From Marsupella aquatica (Eukaryota > Plantae > Marchantiophyta): a stretch of DNA of 64,000 nt. The notes below the pieces were generated by a model. It saw nothing but the letters and a program-made list of their open reading frames with translations. It searched no databases and was not told the DNA's origin. Location: assembly GCA_973895155.1 (NCBI GenBank), contig OZ316894.1:24550709-24614708 (forward strand). The letters are read 5' to 3'. Both the position numbers and the translations under genes were made by a program. Shown here piece after piece: positions 63,036 through 64,000 of this stretch (positions within the stretch are counted from its first letter, which is position 1; each line of letters starts with the position of its first letter).

Positions 63036-63791
63036 ATGGCAGTGAATCGAGCAGTGCAGCCGACAAAGCCTGTGGGAGACGTACTTGACAACTATGTGCT
63101 GACAACCTTACCTAAGCCCATTGCTTCACCCAAGCATGTGGTTGTGCGAGTTCAGCTGCGTCCGGTGAATCCCACTGACCTCGTTACTTCACGGTGGGGG
63201 CTCTGGGCCAATTTGGACTTGAAGAACGTAGTTGCTGGATCCGAAGGGTTTGGAGTGATCGACGAGGTTTGTATGCATGGCTGACAAGAGTCGAGTTCCC
63301 TCTGTGTGTGTTCTTGTTTTCATCCGAGATTGATTAGCACAGTTTTTTGTCTGCCAATCAACCTTGCGAAATCCTTTGACACCACAGGATTTAGAGCTTG
63401 CAAGAGCCTTTCGAATTTGCTGCCTCAATGGTATGAGAGTACAGATTATTTCCTGCAAGACATTGCTCGACTGAGTGAGTGATTGCCTTGCTTGTCTTTG
63501 GCTGTGTCCTTGCCATATTCTGCAGGTAGGCGACGGAGTTACTGAATTGAAGGTTGGCCAGAGGGTCATACCGTTAATATGGTCTCAATACTATACCCAG
63601 GGATATGGTCTGTGGAGGGACTATGTCGAGGTCCCCGAAATTGATGTCGTCCCTGTGCCAGACGACATATCTGACGAAGTTGCTGCTCAGTTCCTCGTCA
63701 ATCCGTGGAGTGCTTATGGCATGCTGAAGAGGGTTCAGGTTCCCAAGGACGGCTATCTCCTCCAGACGGCGGCTGGATCTGTTTTGGGAAG
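63036..63791 (+). CDS. Medium-chain dehydrogenase/reductase, zinc-independent enoyl-thioester/quinone reductase-like (3'-incomplete)
   Basis: Exons 63036-63266 and 63526-63791 (GT-AG, in frame): VVVRVQLRPVNPTDL, AGSEGFGVIDEVGDGVTELKVGQRV, GLWRDYVEV, AAQFLVNPWSAYGML, LLQTAAGSVLGR. This is a GroES-like domain plus the start of the Rossmann fold, with no catalytic Zn Cys/GHE. The gene continues past the window end. Confidence 0.88.
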
Positions 63792-64000
63792 GTTTGCTCT
63801 ACGCTTTTCCGGTGAATTCGTTTTCATGTTACATTCCCTCTCAATACATTGATTCACTTCTGAGGGCTTGTTAGGTTTATTCCCGGGTGCGAATTTTGAG
63901 TTTTGCCCGACGGGAACTGAAGTTAATTAGCAAGAGATTTTCTGTAGCAGCTAAATCGTAGAGTACAGCGCAACAGTAAACATCTGATGAGAAATTGAAC

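Overview
Eukaryotic, intron-rich genomic DNA, most consistent with a flagellate-sperm land plant such as a bryophyte or liverwort (inferred from gene content, not proven). Five protein-coding genes can be spliced by hand with GT-AG junctions and consistent reading frames: (1) a 5'-incomplete HYDIN (19 exons, about 4,508 aa in the window, including a 5.7-kb exon); (2) a convergent SCAI-like gene on the minus strand (9 exons, about 705 aa); (3) a kinesin-2 IFT motor of KIF3B/FLA8 type (11 exons, about 784 aa); (4) an HMA-domain protein with a very Tyr-rich tail (4 exons, about 222 aa); (5) the 5' part of a zinc-free MDR/enoyl-reductase-like gene running off the right edge. The intergenic blocks (25.5-39.9, 44.8-50 and 51.4-63 kb) are full of transposon debris and tandem repeats. 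These include a long-TIR Mutator-like MITE with a perfect 10-bp TSD inserted in a ~200-bp tandem array, two oppositely oriented non-autonomous Helitron-like copies, decayed CRE-type (restriction-like endonuclease) non-LTR retrotransposons, an L1-like 3' end, minisatellites and a 51-bp-arm hairpin. I saw no CRISPR array, rRNA, tRNA or prokaryotic system, and I cannot support a genuinely new multi-gene system. The best leads are the two nearby flagellar genes, the Tyr-rich HMA protein, an overlapping uORF on SCAI, atypical kinesin-2 motor residues, and nested TE structures.
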